Assembly (NCBI GenBank): GCA_036378395.1
Contig: DASUWN010000023.1
Location: 1-46,064, forward strand
From: Candidatus Dormiibacterota bacterium
GTDB lineage: Bacteria > Chloroflexota > Dormibacteria > Dormibacterales > Dormibacteraceae
Reading direction: 5' to 3'
DNA: 46,064 nt
Positions within the stretch are counted from its first letter, which is position 1, and the number at the start of each line of letters is the position of its first letter. This document shows, in pieces, positions 18,012-27,990 of the stretch. The notes under the pieces were generated by a model. The model saw nothing but the letters and a program-made list of their open reading frames with translations. It did not search any database and was not told the origin of the DNA. The translations under genes and the position numbers were made by a program.

Positions 18012-18179
18012 CTCGACAAGGCGCGATCTCGGCGCCCGGGGCTGAGGAGCCGACGAGCACGTGAGGGAGCGCACCGAGTGGTGCGCGACTGAGCGCGCAC
18101 CGGAGGCGACAACGGCATCAGCGTAGCCCGGGCGCCCAGGTCGATGGATTGTCGAGCGGTTTCCCGGATGGACCGCTAG
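17989..18179. mobile_element. MITE-like element, family A, copy 2 (191 bp)
   Basis: Same termini and length as 4984-5174, with ~10 substitutions. The left CTAG is inside the 817-aa ORF. The right CTAG contains the stop of the CoA-binding gene. Confidence 0.85.
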
Positions 18180-18697
18180 TTCTCAGGGAGGCGCATCGCC
18201 AGCCGCGAGGTGACGACGCCGGTGTTGAGGCCGATCGTGCGCAGGCCGCCGAAGAAGCGGGCGTGTTCGATCTTGCAGCAGCGGTCCATCACCACCTCGA
18301 GACCGGCTCCGCGCGCCAGCTCGGCGGCCTCGGGGTTGATCACGCCGAGCTGCATCCAGAGGACCTTGGCGCCGATCTCGATCGCCTGGCGGGCGATCTC
18401 GGGCACCTCGGCCGAGGGCCGGAAGACGTCGACGATCTCGACCGGCCGGGGATGGTTGGCGGCCGCCTCGAGCAGGTCCTTGTAGACCGCGCGCCCGAGG
18501 ATCTGCTTGCCGGCCTGGGCGGGGTTGACCGGCACGATGTCGTAGCCGTTGGCGTCGAGGTAGATGCCGGCGAAGGAGCTGGCGTTGTAGTAGTTCGAGC
18601 TGAGCCCGACCATGGCGATCGTCCGGTAGGTGGTCAGGATCCGGTAGCGGTCCCAGGCGGTGAGGCCGAGGTCGTTGCGCTCGCCAACCGCCGTCAT
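18176..18697 (-). CDS. CoA-binding domain protein (YccU/YneT-like)
   Basis: TIAMVGLSSN, GYDIVPVNP, VDVFRP, WMQLGV. 173 aa. Confidence 0.75.
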   Translation of the reverse strand: MTAVGERNDLGLTAWDRYRILTTYRTIAMVGLSSNYYNASSFAGIYLDANGYDIVPVNPAQAGKQILGRAVYKDLLEAAANHPRPVEIVDVFRPSAEVPEIARQAIEIGAKVLWMQLGVINPEAAELARGAGLEVVMDRCCKIEHARFFGGLRTIGLNTGVVTSRLAMRLPEN

Positions 18698-18734
18698 TCG
18701 GGGTCCCCGCGAAATCGCCGATTTTGTGGGGTGA

Positions 18735-20162
<1,428 letters not shown>

Positions 20163-20184
20163 ACGCCGCTAGGATAGTTCGCTT

Positions 20185-21699
20185 GTGCGCTCCAGCCTGA
20201 CGCAGCAGCCGCCGGGGCAGATCGACGCCGACGCGCTCGCCGTTGCAGTCTCGGCGGGCGAGCAGGTAGGTGGACTGGCCGTCGAGCTCGACCAGAGCCT
20301 GGGCGGCCTGATCCGGGAGGCAATCGAGTCCGGCGAGCACCGGGGCCGCCTGAACGAGGTGCTCGTCGTCGGCACCGCGGGACGCGCGGCGGCGCGGCGG
20401 GTGCTGCTCTACGGGATCGGGCCGCGGGCCGACCTCGACGGCCAGCGGCTTCGCTTCGCCCACCACGAGATGGTCCGCGCGGCGCGTGGCTACGGGTACC
20501 GGCGGCTCGCCGTCCTGCGCGTGCCGCCGCTCGCCGAGGGCGACCTGACCGCGGTGGTCGAAGGCTGCGTGATGGGTGCCTGGGAGCGCCGCTCGCGACA
20601 GACCGGGACCCGCCCGGCCCGCCTCGAGGAGCTGGTGCTGGCCGGCTTCGGCGCCGGCCGCGAACGCGAGGTGCTGGCCGCGCAGGAGGTCGGGGAGGCG
20701 GTCAACCAGGCCCGCGAGTGGCAGAACATGCCGCCCAACGAGCTGACGCCGGAGGCGCTCGCTCAGGAGGCGCGCAAGATGGCCGACCGCCACGGCCTGG
20801 AGCTCGAGGTTCTGGGGGCGGCCGAGCTGCGGGCCGGCGGTTACAACCTCCTGCTCGGGGTCGCCGCCGGGTCGTCAGAGCCGCCGCGGCTGATCCGGCT
20901 GACCTACCGGGGCGCGCCGCATTCGCCGGCGGATGCGGGCGGGGAGTCGCGAGCACCAGAGGTGCGGCTGGCCATGGTCGGCAAGGGGATCACCTTCGAC
21001 ACCGGCGGCATCTCGCTCAAACCGGCCGAAAAGATGTACCGCATGAAGGGAGACATGGCGGGGGCCGCAGCCGTGCTGGCGGCGATGGACGTGATCGCCT
21101 CCCGCCGTCCGGCGGGCATCGACGTGATGGCGGTCGTCGCGGCCACCGAGAACATGCCCGGCGGTCATGCCCAGCGGCCGGGCGACATCGTCACCAGCGC
21201 CAACGGCAAGACGGTCGAGATCGTCAACACCGACGCCGAGGGCCGGCTGGTGCTGGCCGACGCCATGACCTTCGCCCTCCGTCATGCCGCCACCCACCTG
21301 GTCGACCTGGCCACCCTGACCGGCGCCGCCACGGTCGCGGTCGGCCACGGCGCCACTGCGGCGCTCGCCAACGACGACGGCTTTTGGGACCTGGTCGAGC
21401 GCGCCGGCAGCCGTTCCGGCGACCGCGTGTGGCGGCTGCCGGCCTACCCCGACTACCGCGTGCTCCTCAACAGCCGCACCGCCGACATCCGCAACGGCGA
21501 GTACGGCGAGGCGGGGATGATCCTGGGCGGCATGTTCATCCAGCAGTTCGTCGAGGAGCGGCCCTGGGTCCACCTCGACATCGCCGCCAGCTCCTGGAAC
21601 GCCAACGACGAGCTGACCACGATTCCGCGCGGGCCGCTCGGTTCCGGCACCCGGCTGCTCATATATCTGACGGAACTCATGTCCGCCGGCCGTCGTTAG
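20185..21699 (+). CDS. pepA: leucyl aminopeptidase (M17)
   Basis: VGKGITFDTGGISLKP, NTDAEGRLVLAD, DLATLTGA. Confidence 0.93.
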   Translation: MRSSLTQQPPGQIDADALAVAVSAGEQVGGLAVELDQSLGGLIREAIESGEHRGRLNEVLVVGTAGRAAARRVLLYGIGPRADLDGQRLRFAHHEMVRAARGYGYRRLAVLRVPPLAEGDLTAVVEGCVMGAWERRSRQTGTRPARLEELVLAGFGAGREREVLAAQEVGEAVNQAREWQNMPPNELTPEALAQEARKMADRHGLELEVLGAAELRAGGYNLLLGVAAGSSEPPRLIRLTYRGAPHSPADAGGESRAPEVRLAMVGKGITFDTGGISLKPAEKMYRMKGDMAGAAAVLAAMDVIASRRPAGIDVMAVVAATENMPGGHAQRPGDIVTSANGKTVEIVNTDAEGRLVLADAMTFALRHAATHLVDLATLTGAATVAVGHGATAALANDDGFWDLVERAGSRSGDRVWRLPAYPDYRVLLNSRTADIRNGEYGEAGMILGGMFIQQFVEERPWVHLDIAASSWNANDELTTIPRGPLGSGTRLLIYLTELMSAGRR

Positions 21700-21714
21700 G
21701 CTAGGTAGGACATC

Positions 21715-23604
21715 TTGCCCGCGTCCATCCTCGATTCCATCTCCTCTCCCGCCGACCTCCGCGGTCTCAGCGCTAGCCAGCTCGACCAGCTGGCGCGAGA
21801 GATCCGCACCTTCCTGGTCGAAAAGATCTCGCGCAGCGGCGGCCACCTCTCCCCCAACCTGGGAGTTGTCGAGCTGACGCTGGCGCTCCACCGCGTCTTC
21901 GAAAGCCCACGCGACGCCATCATCTGGGACACCGGCCACCAGGCTTACGTGCACAAGCTGGTCACCGGCCGCGCGGGCGACTTCGACTCCCTGCGCCAGC
22001 CGGGCGGCCTTTCTGGCTACCCGAACCGGGGCGAGAGCGAGCACGACCACGTCGAGAACAGCCACGCCTCGACCTCGCTTTCCTACGCCGTCGGCCTGGC
22101 CGAGGCGCGCCTGCGGCGGGGCGAGCCGGGCCACGTGGTAGCGGTGATCGGCGACGGCGCGCTGACCGGCGGGATGGCCTACGAGGCGCTGAACCAGATC
22201 GCCCACCTCCGGCCGCCCAACCTGGTCGTGATCCTCAACGACAACGGGCGCTCTTACGCGCCCACCGTGGGCGGCGTCGCCCAGCACCTGTCGTCGCTCC
22301 GCCTGGACCCCCGCTACGAGCGCGTCAAGGAGGAGATCGACCACCGGCTGCGCGAGCTGCCGGTGGTGGGCAGCAGCGCCCACGAGGCGGCGCGACGGCT
22401 CAAGGAGTCGATCAAGCAGCTGCTCTCCCCGCGCTCGATGTTCGACTCGCTGGGACTGAAGTACTCGGGGCCGGTGGACGGCCACGACCGCGCCGCCCTG
22501 GAGGAGATGCTGCGCCGGGCGCGGCGGCTGCGACATCCGGCCGTGCTCCACGTGGTGACCGACAAGGGCCACGGCTACGGGCCGGCGGTCGAGGAGGAGA
22601 TCGACCGCATGCACGGCGTCTCGGCTTTCGACCCGCTGACCGGGAAGCCGCTGCGGACCGAGCTCTCCTACACCGACGTCTTCGGCGAGGCGCTCTTCGC
22701 CTCCGCCCAGCGGCGCCCGGAGGTGGTCGCGATCACGGCGGCAATGGCCTCCTCGACCGGGCTGCTCAACTTCGCGCGCGAGTTCCCCGACCGCTTCTTC
22801 GACGTCGGCATCTGCGAGCAGCACGCCGTGACCTTCGCGGCTGGGCTGGCGCTGGGCGGACTGCGGCCGGTCGTGGCGGTCTATTCGACCTTTCTGCAGC
22901 GCGCCTTCGACCAGGTGATCATGGACGTGGCCCTGCACCGGCTGCCGGTGGTGTTCATATTGGATCGCGCCGGCGTGACCGGGCCCGACGGGTCCTCGCA
23001 CCACGGCGTATTCGACCTCTCCTACCTGCGATTGATTCCCGGCCTGCGGGTGTGCACGCCGGCCGACGCGACCGAGCTCTGCGCGCTGCTGGAGACCGCT
23101 CTATCTCTGGATGGGCCGGTGGCGATCCGCTATCCGCGTGGCGCGGCGCCTTCAACCCCTGACCTGCCGGTCGAGCCTCTGCCGGTCGGACGCTGGGAGG
23201 AGGTCCGCCGGGGATCGGACGCGGCGGTGCTGGCCGTGGGACGGATGGTCGCGGTCGCCGTCGCCGCGGCCGAGCGCCTGGAATCGGACTCGGGCATCTC
23301 GTGCGGCGTGATCAATGCGCGCTGGATCAAGCCCGTGGACGGGCGGCTGCTGTCGGATTGGGCCCGACGCTACCCGATCCTGGTCACGGCCGAGGACAAC
23401 GTCGGCAGCGGCGGCTTCGGTGGCGCGGTGCTGGAGGCGCTGGCGCCGGTCGGGCTGGCGGGCAAGGTGCGCATCGCCGCGCTGCCGGACGCTTTCTTGC
23501 CGCATGGGCGGCCGGCGGAGATCCTGGCCGCGCATGGGCTCGACGCCGAGGGCCTCGCCGGGGCGGTTCGCTCGGCGGTGGGGTCGCCACACCCCGCGCG
23601 TTAG
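21715..23604 (+). CDS. dxs: 1-deoxy-D-xylulose-5-phosphate synthase
   Basis: GHLSPNLGVVELT, GHQAYVHKLVTGR, IGDGALTGGMAYEALN, ICEQHAV. 629 aa. Confidence 0.95.
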   Translation: MPASILDSISSPADLRGLSASQLDQLAREIRTFLVEKISRSGGHLSPNLGVVELTLALHRVFESPRDAIIWDTGHQAYVHKLVTGRAGDFDSLRQPGGLSGYPNRGESEHDHVENSHASTSLSYAVGLAEARLRRGEPGHVVAVIGDGALTGGMAYEALNQIAHLRPPNLVVILNDNGRSYAPTVGGVAQHLSSLRLDPRYERVKEEIDHRLRELPVVGSSAHEAARRLKESIKQLLSPRSMFDSLGLKYSGPVDGHDRAALEEMLRRARRLRHPAVLHVVTDKGHGYGPAVEEEIDRMHGVSAFDPLTGKPLRTELSYTDVFGEALFASAQRRPEVVAITAAMASSTGLLNFAREFPDRFFDVGICEQHAVTFAAGLALGGLRPVVAVYSTFLQRAFDQVIMDVALHRLPVVFILDRAGVTGPDGSSHHGVFDLSYLRLIPGLRVCTPADATELCALLETALSLDGPVAIRYPRGAAPSTPDLPVEPLPVGRWEEVRRGSDAAVLAVGRMVAVAVAAAERLESDSGISCGVINARWIKPVDGRLLSDWARRYPILVTAEDNVGSGGFGGAVLEALAPVGLAGKVRIAALPDAFLPHGRPAEILAAHGLDAEGLAGAVRSAVGSPHPAR

Positions 23605-23724
23605 CGCCTCCGAGCCAGGTTTCGGGCGCTGGGGGCCGACGACATCGGTGAGGTCCGAGCTCGCCGCCAGAGCCCACAGCGCCGGCGGCCCTCGCTCAAT
23701 CCGCCAGAAAAGCTCCCCTCCCCT

Positions 23725-23740
23725 GTTTTCCCGGGAAACC
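23725..23740. repeat. palindrome related to family P (GTTTTCCCGGGAAACC; CCCGGG centre instead of CTCGAG)
   Basis: First of three palindromes in the 226-bp dxs/DUF2203 convergent spacer. Confidence 0.6.
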
Positions 23741-23766
23741 AGAGGATTGGACCCCCAGTAGCCACT

Positions 23767-23782
23767 GGTTTTTCGAGAAACC
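23767..23782. repeat. palindrome family P, copy d (GGTTTTTCGAGAAACC)
   Basis: Intergenic. One arm mismatch relative to the perfect core. Confidence 0.8.
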
Positions 23783-23805
23783 GGCGCCGCGGGAGCCGCT
23801 AATCC

Positions 23806-23825
23806 GCGGTTTTTCGAGAAACCGC
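23806..23825. repeat. palindrome family P, copy e (GCGGTTTTTCGAGAAACCGC)
   Basis: Intergenic, 5 nt before the DUF2203 stop. Confidence 0.8.
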
Positions 23826-23830
23826 AGAGT

Positions 23831-24241
23831 TCAGAGCGGCTTGCGACCGGGGAACCCCTCGCCGATCCGGTGCCAGTGGCCCACCACCGGCTCGCCCAGC
23901 TTCCAGCACAGCTCCACCAGCTCGCCGTCGCGATAGCTGAGGAAGTCGACCAGCCCCTCATGCGGGTCCTTGAGCTGCACCCCCATCTCATCGAGCTGCC
24001 GGATCGCCCTCAACAGCTCGGCCTGCGCCTCCTCGATCGCCGCCTCCCGGCGGCCAACCTCGCCGTCGCTGCCGGAGCTCGGACCGCCGCGCGCGGCCTT
24101 GTAGCGCGCGATCCGGAGCGCGTCCTCGAGCTCGGGCATCTCCGCCATCGTCTCGACGATCCGCACCGTCAGCTGCCGGACCAGCGGCAGCGCCGCGTTG
24201 GCCTCGCGCGCGTCGTAGGTGCGAACCGGTTCCTCGCTCAC
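23831..24241 (-). CDS. DUF2203-family protein
   Basis: ANAALPLVR, GVQLKDPHEGLVDFLSYRDGELVELCWKLGEPVVGHWHRIGEGFPGRKP. Family recognised from memory. Confidence 0.6.
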   Translation of the reverse strand: MSEEPVRTYDAREANAALPLVRQLTVRIVETMAEMPELEDALRIARYKAARGGPSSGSDGEVGRREAAIEEAQAELLRAIRQLDEMGVQLKDPHEGLVDFLSYRDGELVELCWKLGEPVVGHWHRIGEGFPGRKPL

Positions 24242-24263
24242 GCCTCATTAGCGTATTGACTGG

Positions 24264-25463
24264 ATGACTCCCAGCGACCGCCGGCGCGTGCTGGCCACGG
24301 CCGGCACCGTGGTCTTCATGAACTTCGCGGCGGTGCTCGGCCTGGTCCCCCTCTTCCCCAGCGTCGCCCGCGACCTCGGGCTGGGCCCCGACAGCCTCGG
24401 CGTCTACCTGCTCCTGGGCTCGCTGGCCAACTCCCTGCTGCAGCTGCCGGGCGGCGTCCTCGCCGACCGCTTCGGGCGCCGCCGCGTACTCATCGCAGGT
24501 CTGGTCCTGATGTGCGCAGGCCAGCTCCTGCGCTGGCAGGCGCCGACCGCGGCCATCTTCGGCGCCGGCCAGGTCGTGCTCGGCGTGTGCTCGGTCCTCT
24601 CGGTCTCGCCCAGCTATGCGGTGGTGGCCGACGCCTACACGACCGGCCGCGCCCAGGCCATGGGCGTGATCCAGATCGCGGTCAACACCGGCCAGGTCGC
24701 CGGCTACCTGGTCGCCGGCGCGGTCGCCCCCTTCCTCGGCTGGCGCGGGTACGCGCTCGGAACGGCCCTGCTGCCGCTGCTCCTGATCCCGCTGGTGGCG
24801 ACCATGCCCGAAGTGCGGCACCCGCCCAGCGGACGCTCGCTCGGTGGCGAGGTGGTGGCCGCGCTGCGCTTTCTCCTCTGGCCACCCTCAGCCGCGATCG
24901 CGGTCGCCGCCGCCACCGCTCTCGGCTCCGGCTTCGGCGCCTCCTACCTGCTCCCCTTCCTGGCCCACGCGCACGGCATCAGCGCCGGCTGGACGAGCGT
25001 GCTCCTGGTGCCGTACGTCGTGGGCTCGGTGGTGGGAGCGCCACTGGCCGGCCGCTGGGCGGACCGGGCCGGTCTGCGCCTGCCGCTCACTGTGTCCTTC
25101 TCGGCGGCGGCGGTGGCGATCCTGGCCTTCGGGCTGGCCGGCTTCAGCCCGCTGGCGGTGGTTCTCTGCTTCGGCGTCATCGGCGCCGGCACCAGCTCGA
25201 GCGTGGCGATGTGCGCCACCACCATCGTCGAGCTGGCCGGGCGTACCGGTACCGGCTCCGGCGCCGCCCTCGGGGGCCTGCGCGTGGGGCAGGCGCTTGG
25301 CCCCGCCCTGGCGCCGGCCGGGGTCGGCTTCCTGCTGGTGCGCGAGGGCAGCCTCGCCGCCTACGCCGCCCTCGCGCTCACCTGCCTGGTCGGGATCGCG
25401 CTGGCCCGGATCGCTACGGCGCCGCGGGAGCAGCCGCCGGTACCTGCTCCAGAACCGACTTGA
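24264..25463 (+). CDS. MFS transporter
   Basis: ~12 hydrophobic segments and the loop motif LPGGVLADRFGRRRVL. Confidence 0.85.
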   Translation: MTPSDRRRVLATAGTVVFMNFAAVLGLVPLFPSVARDLGLGPDSLGVYLLLGSLANSLLQLPGGVLADRFGRRRVLIAGLVLMCAGQLLRWQAPTAAIFGAGQVVLGVCSVLSVSPSYAVVADAYTTGRAQAMGVIQIAVNTGQVAGYLVAGAVAPFLGWRGYALGTALLPLLLIPLVATMPEVRHPPSGRSLGGEVVAALRFLLWPPSAAIAVAAATALGSGFGASYLLPFLAHAHGISAGWTSVLLVPYVVGSVVGAPLAGRWADRAGLRLPLTVSFSAAAVAILAFGLAGFSPLAVVLCFGVIGAGTSSSVAMCATTIVELAGRTGTGSGAALGGLRVGQALGPALAPAGVGFLLVREGSLAAYAALALTCLVGIALARIATAPREQPPVPAPEPT

Positions 25464-26340
25464 GCGCCTGCGTGGCGCCGAGCAGCGCCGCCGTCTCGAC
25501 CGGAATCACCAGTTTGGTGTTGGCGCTGTCCGCGAACCGCGTCAGCGTGTCGAGCTGAAGGATCGCCAGCAGCTCGGGATCCGGTTTGCCGGCGTGGATG
25601 GCGTTGTAGACCGCGGCGATCGCCTGCGCGCGACCCTCGGCCTGCAGGATCTGTGCCTGGCGCTGGCCCTCGGCATACAGGATCTGCGACTGGCGCTGGC
25701 CCTCGGCCTGCTTGATCGCCGCCTGCTTCTGGCCTTCGGCGACGTTGATCGCCGACTGCTGCTGACCCTCGGACTCCAGAATCGCCGCGCGCTTGGACTG
25801 GTCGGCCTGCTTCTGGAGGGCCATCGCTTGCAAGATCGGGGCGGGCGGCACGATGTCGATGATCTCCACCCGGTTGATCCGGACGCCCCACTTGTCGGTC
25901 TCGGTCTCCATCCGCTGCTGGAGGCGGGCGTTGATCGTCTCGCGCTGGCTGAGGGCGTCGTCGAGTGACATCTCGCCGAGGACGGCGCGCAGTGAAGCGC
26001 GCGCGAGCTGGTCGATTGCGACGAAGTAGTTGCTGACCTGGAAGAGCGCCAGCCGAGGGTCGACGACCTGGCTGAAGATGGTCGCGTTGACCTGCAGCGA
26101 GACGTTGTCCTTGCTGATGACGTCCTGGCGGTCGCCGGTGCGCGGGACCTCGCGCATGTCGATCAGCTCCATGGCGTCGATGAAGGGCACCAGGAAGGTG
26201 ATGCCGGGGTTGCGGATGCTGTGGAATTGCCCCAGGCGCTTGACGACGCCGACGAGGCCCTGCTGGACCACGCGGACCGCCCGCACCACGATCACCAAGG
26301 CGAGCAGGACGATGAGTCCCGCGACGACTACACCAGGCAT
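25414..26340 (-). CDS. SPFH/band-7 (stomatin-like) protein
   Basis: N-terminal TM. VVQQGLVGVVKRLGQF, VSLQVNATIFSQV, RAVLGEMSLDDALS, coiled-coil AEGQRQ repeats. Confidence 0.88.
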   Translation of the reverse strand: MPGVVVAGLIVLLALVIVVRAVRVVQQGLVGVVKRLGQFHSIRNPGITFLVPFIDAMELIDMREVPRTGDRQDVISKDNVSLQVNATIFSQVVDPRLALFQVSNYFVAIDQLARASLRAVLGEMSLDDALSQRETINARLQQRMETETDKWGVRINRVEIIDIVPPAPILQAMALQKQADQSKRAAILESEGQQQSAINVAEGQKQAAIKQAEGQRQSQILYAEGQRQAQILQAEGRAQAIAAVYNAIHAGKPDPELLAILQLDTLTRFADSANTKLVIPVETAALLGATQALKSVLEQVPAAAPAAP

Positions 26341-26358
26341 GGCTACGACTCCTTCAAT

Positions 26359-26790
26359 TCAGGGCGCGACGACCAGCGTCGTGTTGCGGATCTCGACCAC
26401 CTGGACCTCCTGTCCGGTGCTGAGCGGCGACCCGTCCGCGGAGACCGCCCGCCACTGCTCACCCATGATCCGGACGTGGCCGGCCGCCGTGGGTCCCCCG
26501 ATCGGATCGGTGACCACGGCCGTCCGGCCGATCATCTCCTGGGCTCCGGAAAGGACCGGCACACGTGACTGCCGGTGGCGAAGGTAGCGCAGCAGGAGCG
26601 GCCGGGCCACGAAGATCCCGAGCACGGCCAGCAGGAAGAAGACCACCGACTGGCTGATGAGGCTCTCCCCTACCGCGGCGGCGGCAGCGGCGCCCAGCGC
26701 CGCCACCGTCACGAAGATGGCGAACATGGCGAGCGTGGCGACCTCGGCGACCAGGAAAGCGATCGCTATCACCAGCCAGACGTAGGCCAT
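26359..26790 (-). CDS. NfeD-family membrane protein, partner of the SPFH protein
   Basis: Three TM segments, then a C-terminal OB-like GRTAVVTDPIGG..GHVRIMGEQWRAV...GQEVQVVEI. Start taken at MAYVWLV. Confidence 0.7.
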   Translation of the reverse strand: MAYVWLVIAIAFLVAEVATLAMFAIFVTVAALGAAAAAAVGESLISQSVVFFLLAVLGIFVARPLLLRYLRHRQSRVPVLSGAQEMIGRTAVVTDPIGGPTAAGHVRIMGEQWRAVSADGSPLSTGQEVQVVEIRNTTLVVAP

Positions 26791-26815
26791 CTTCTGCGGC
26801 GCTAGGGTAATCCGC

Positions 26816-27235
26816 ATGCTCAGCGTCCGCGAGCGGGTTAGCGCGGCGCGAGTGGGCATCCTCGGCACGCTCGGCCCCGGCGGCGCGCCTCACCTGGTCC
26901 CGTTCTGCTTCGTCCTCGAGGGCGACGTCATCTACTCGGCGACCGACCAGAAGCCGAAGCGGACCAACCGGCTGGCGCGCTTCCTGCACGTCGAGCGCGA
27001 TCCACGGGTGTCGGTTCTGGTCGAGAACTGGTCGGAGGACTGGGAGCGGCTATGGTGGGTTCGCATGGACGGGCGGGCGCGGGTGCTCGGCGGCGGCGGC
27101 GCCGACGCCGCGGAAGCGCAGCGCGCCCTCGCGCTGCTGACCGCGAAGTACGCGCAGTACCGCGAGCGGCCGCCGGCGGGCCCAGTCCTGGCGATCGCGA
27201 TCGAGCGCTATCGATCCTGGCCCGAGTCGCCGTGA
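26816..27235 (+). CDS. PPOX-class (pyridoxamine-5'-phosphate-oxidase-like) probable F420-dependent enzyme
   Basis: ARVGILGTLGPGGAPHLVPFCFVLEGDVIYSATD, RDPRVSVLV, WWVRMDGRA. Confidence 0.7.
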   Translation: MLSVRERVSAARVGILGTLGPGGAPHLVPFCFVLEGDVIYSATDQKPKRTNRLARFLHVERDPRVSVLVENWSEDWERLWWVRMDGRARVLGGGGADAAEAQRALALLTAKYAQYRERPPAGPVLAIAIERYRSWPESP

Positions 27236-27990
27236 GCAGGTTTCTCGGGCTGCTGAATGATCTGGCGCGGTTCACCGATGCCGAGATGGCGCGACCCTGG
27301 ACGTGGCCCGGCCACGCCGGGGAGGCGCTGCAGCTCCGCGACCTGCACTGGCGGATCGTCGAGGCCGAACAGGCGGCGCTGGTCACAGCACCGGTGGCGA
27401 CCACCGAACCGGCCGCCATCATGGACCTCGCCCAGACCGCCTTGGGCGATCTGCGCGGATTGCTGACCGGGCTGCCGGGGATGCTGCTCGACCGCGAGCC
27501 GGACTCCGGCGAGTGGACTCTGCGCGAGGTGCTGGCCCACGTGCTGCTGGTGGAGCGCCGGTACCTGCGCCAGGTTCGGTATGCGGCCGAGCGCGCGGAG
27601 ACCGATCCCGTCTATCTGCGGGCGCCTCTTGAGCTCCAGGAGGAGGAGCGCGCGGGCGACGTGGCCGACTGGCTCGAGCGCCTCGAGCAATCTCGCGCGG
27701 AGAGCGACGCCTACTGCTCCCGGCTGCCGCTGGAAGCGCTGATCCGGCCCACGATGTGGGCCGGTCATGAGGTTGACGTGCGCTTCCGGCTGCACCGCTT
27801 CGCGGCCCACCTCGACGAGCACCGGATCCACTGCCAGAAGGTCGTGCGCGCACTGGGAATCGAGCCCACCGAGGCGCGCGAGATCGTACGCACGCTCTCC
27901 GGGCTGCGCGGCTCCCACGAGCGAAGGACGCCGCGCGAAGAACTGGACAGCCTGGACGCGCGCCACCTGGCCCTCGCCGCCAACGCCTAG
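27232..27990 (+). CDS. DinB-family protein
   Basis: GTGA overlap with the upstream stop. WTLREVLAHVLLVERRY and AAHLDEHRIHC, giving spaced His typical of DinB four-helix bundles. Confidence 0.6.
   Translation: MSRFLGLLNDLARFTDAEMARPWTWPGHAGEALQLRDLHWRIVEAEQAALVTAPVATTEPAAIMDLAQTALGDLRGLLTGLPGMLLDREPDSGEWTLREVLAHVLLVERRYLRQVRYAAERAETDPVYLRAPLELQEEERAGDVADWLERLEQSRAESDAYCSRLPLEALIRPTMWAGHEVDVRFRLHRFAAHLDEHRIHCQKVVRALGIEPTEAREIVRTLSGLRGSHERRTPREELDSLDARHLALAANA

Noticed and set aside
20875-23004. 709-aa ORF antisense to pepA and dxs
   Set aside because: The same reasoning applies. It spans the pepA/dxs junction on the opposite strand and has no domain signatures.
25560-25800. Apparent imperfect DNA repeats (ctggccctcggc... 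units) at the 3' part of the SPFH gene
   Set aside because: They encode the AEGQRQ-type heptad or coiled-coil region typical of SPFH/HflK-like proteins. This is protein-level periodicity, not a mobile or regulatory repeat.
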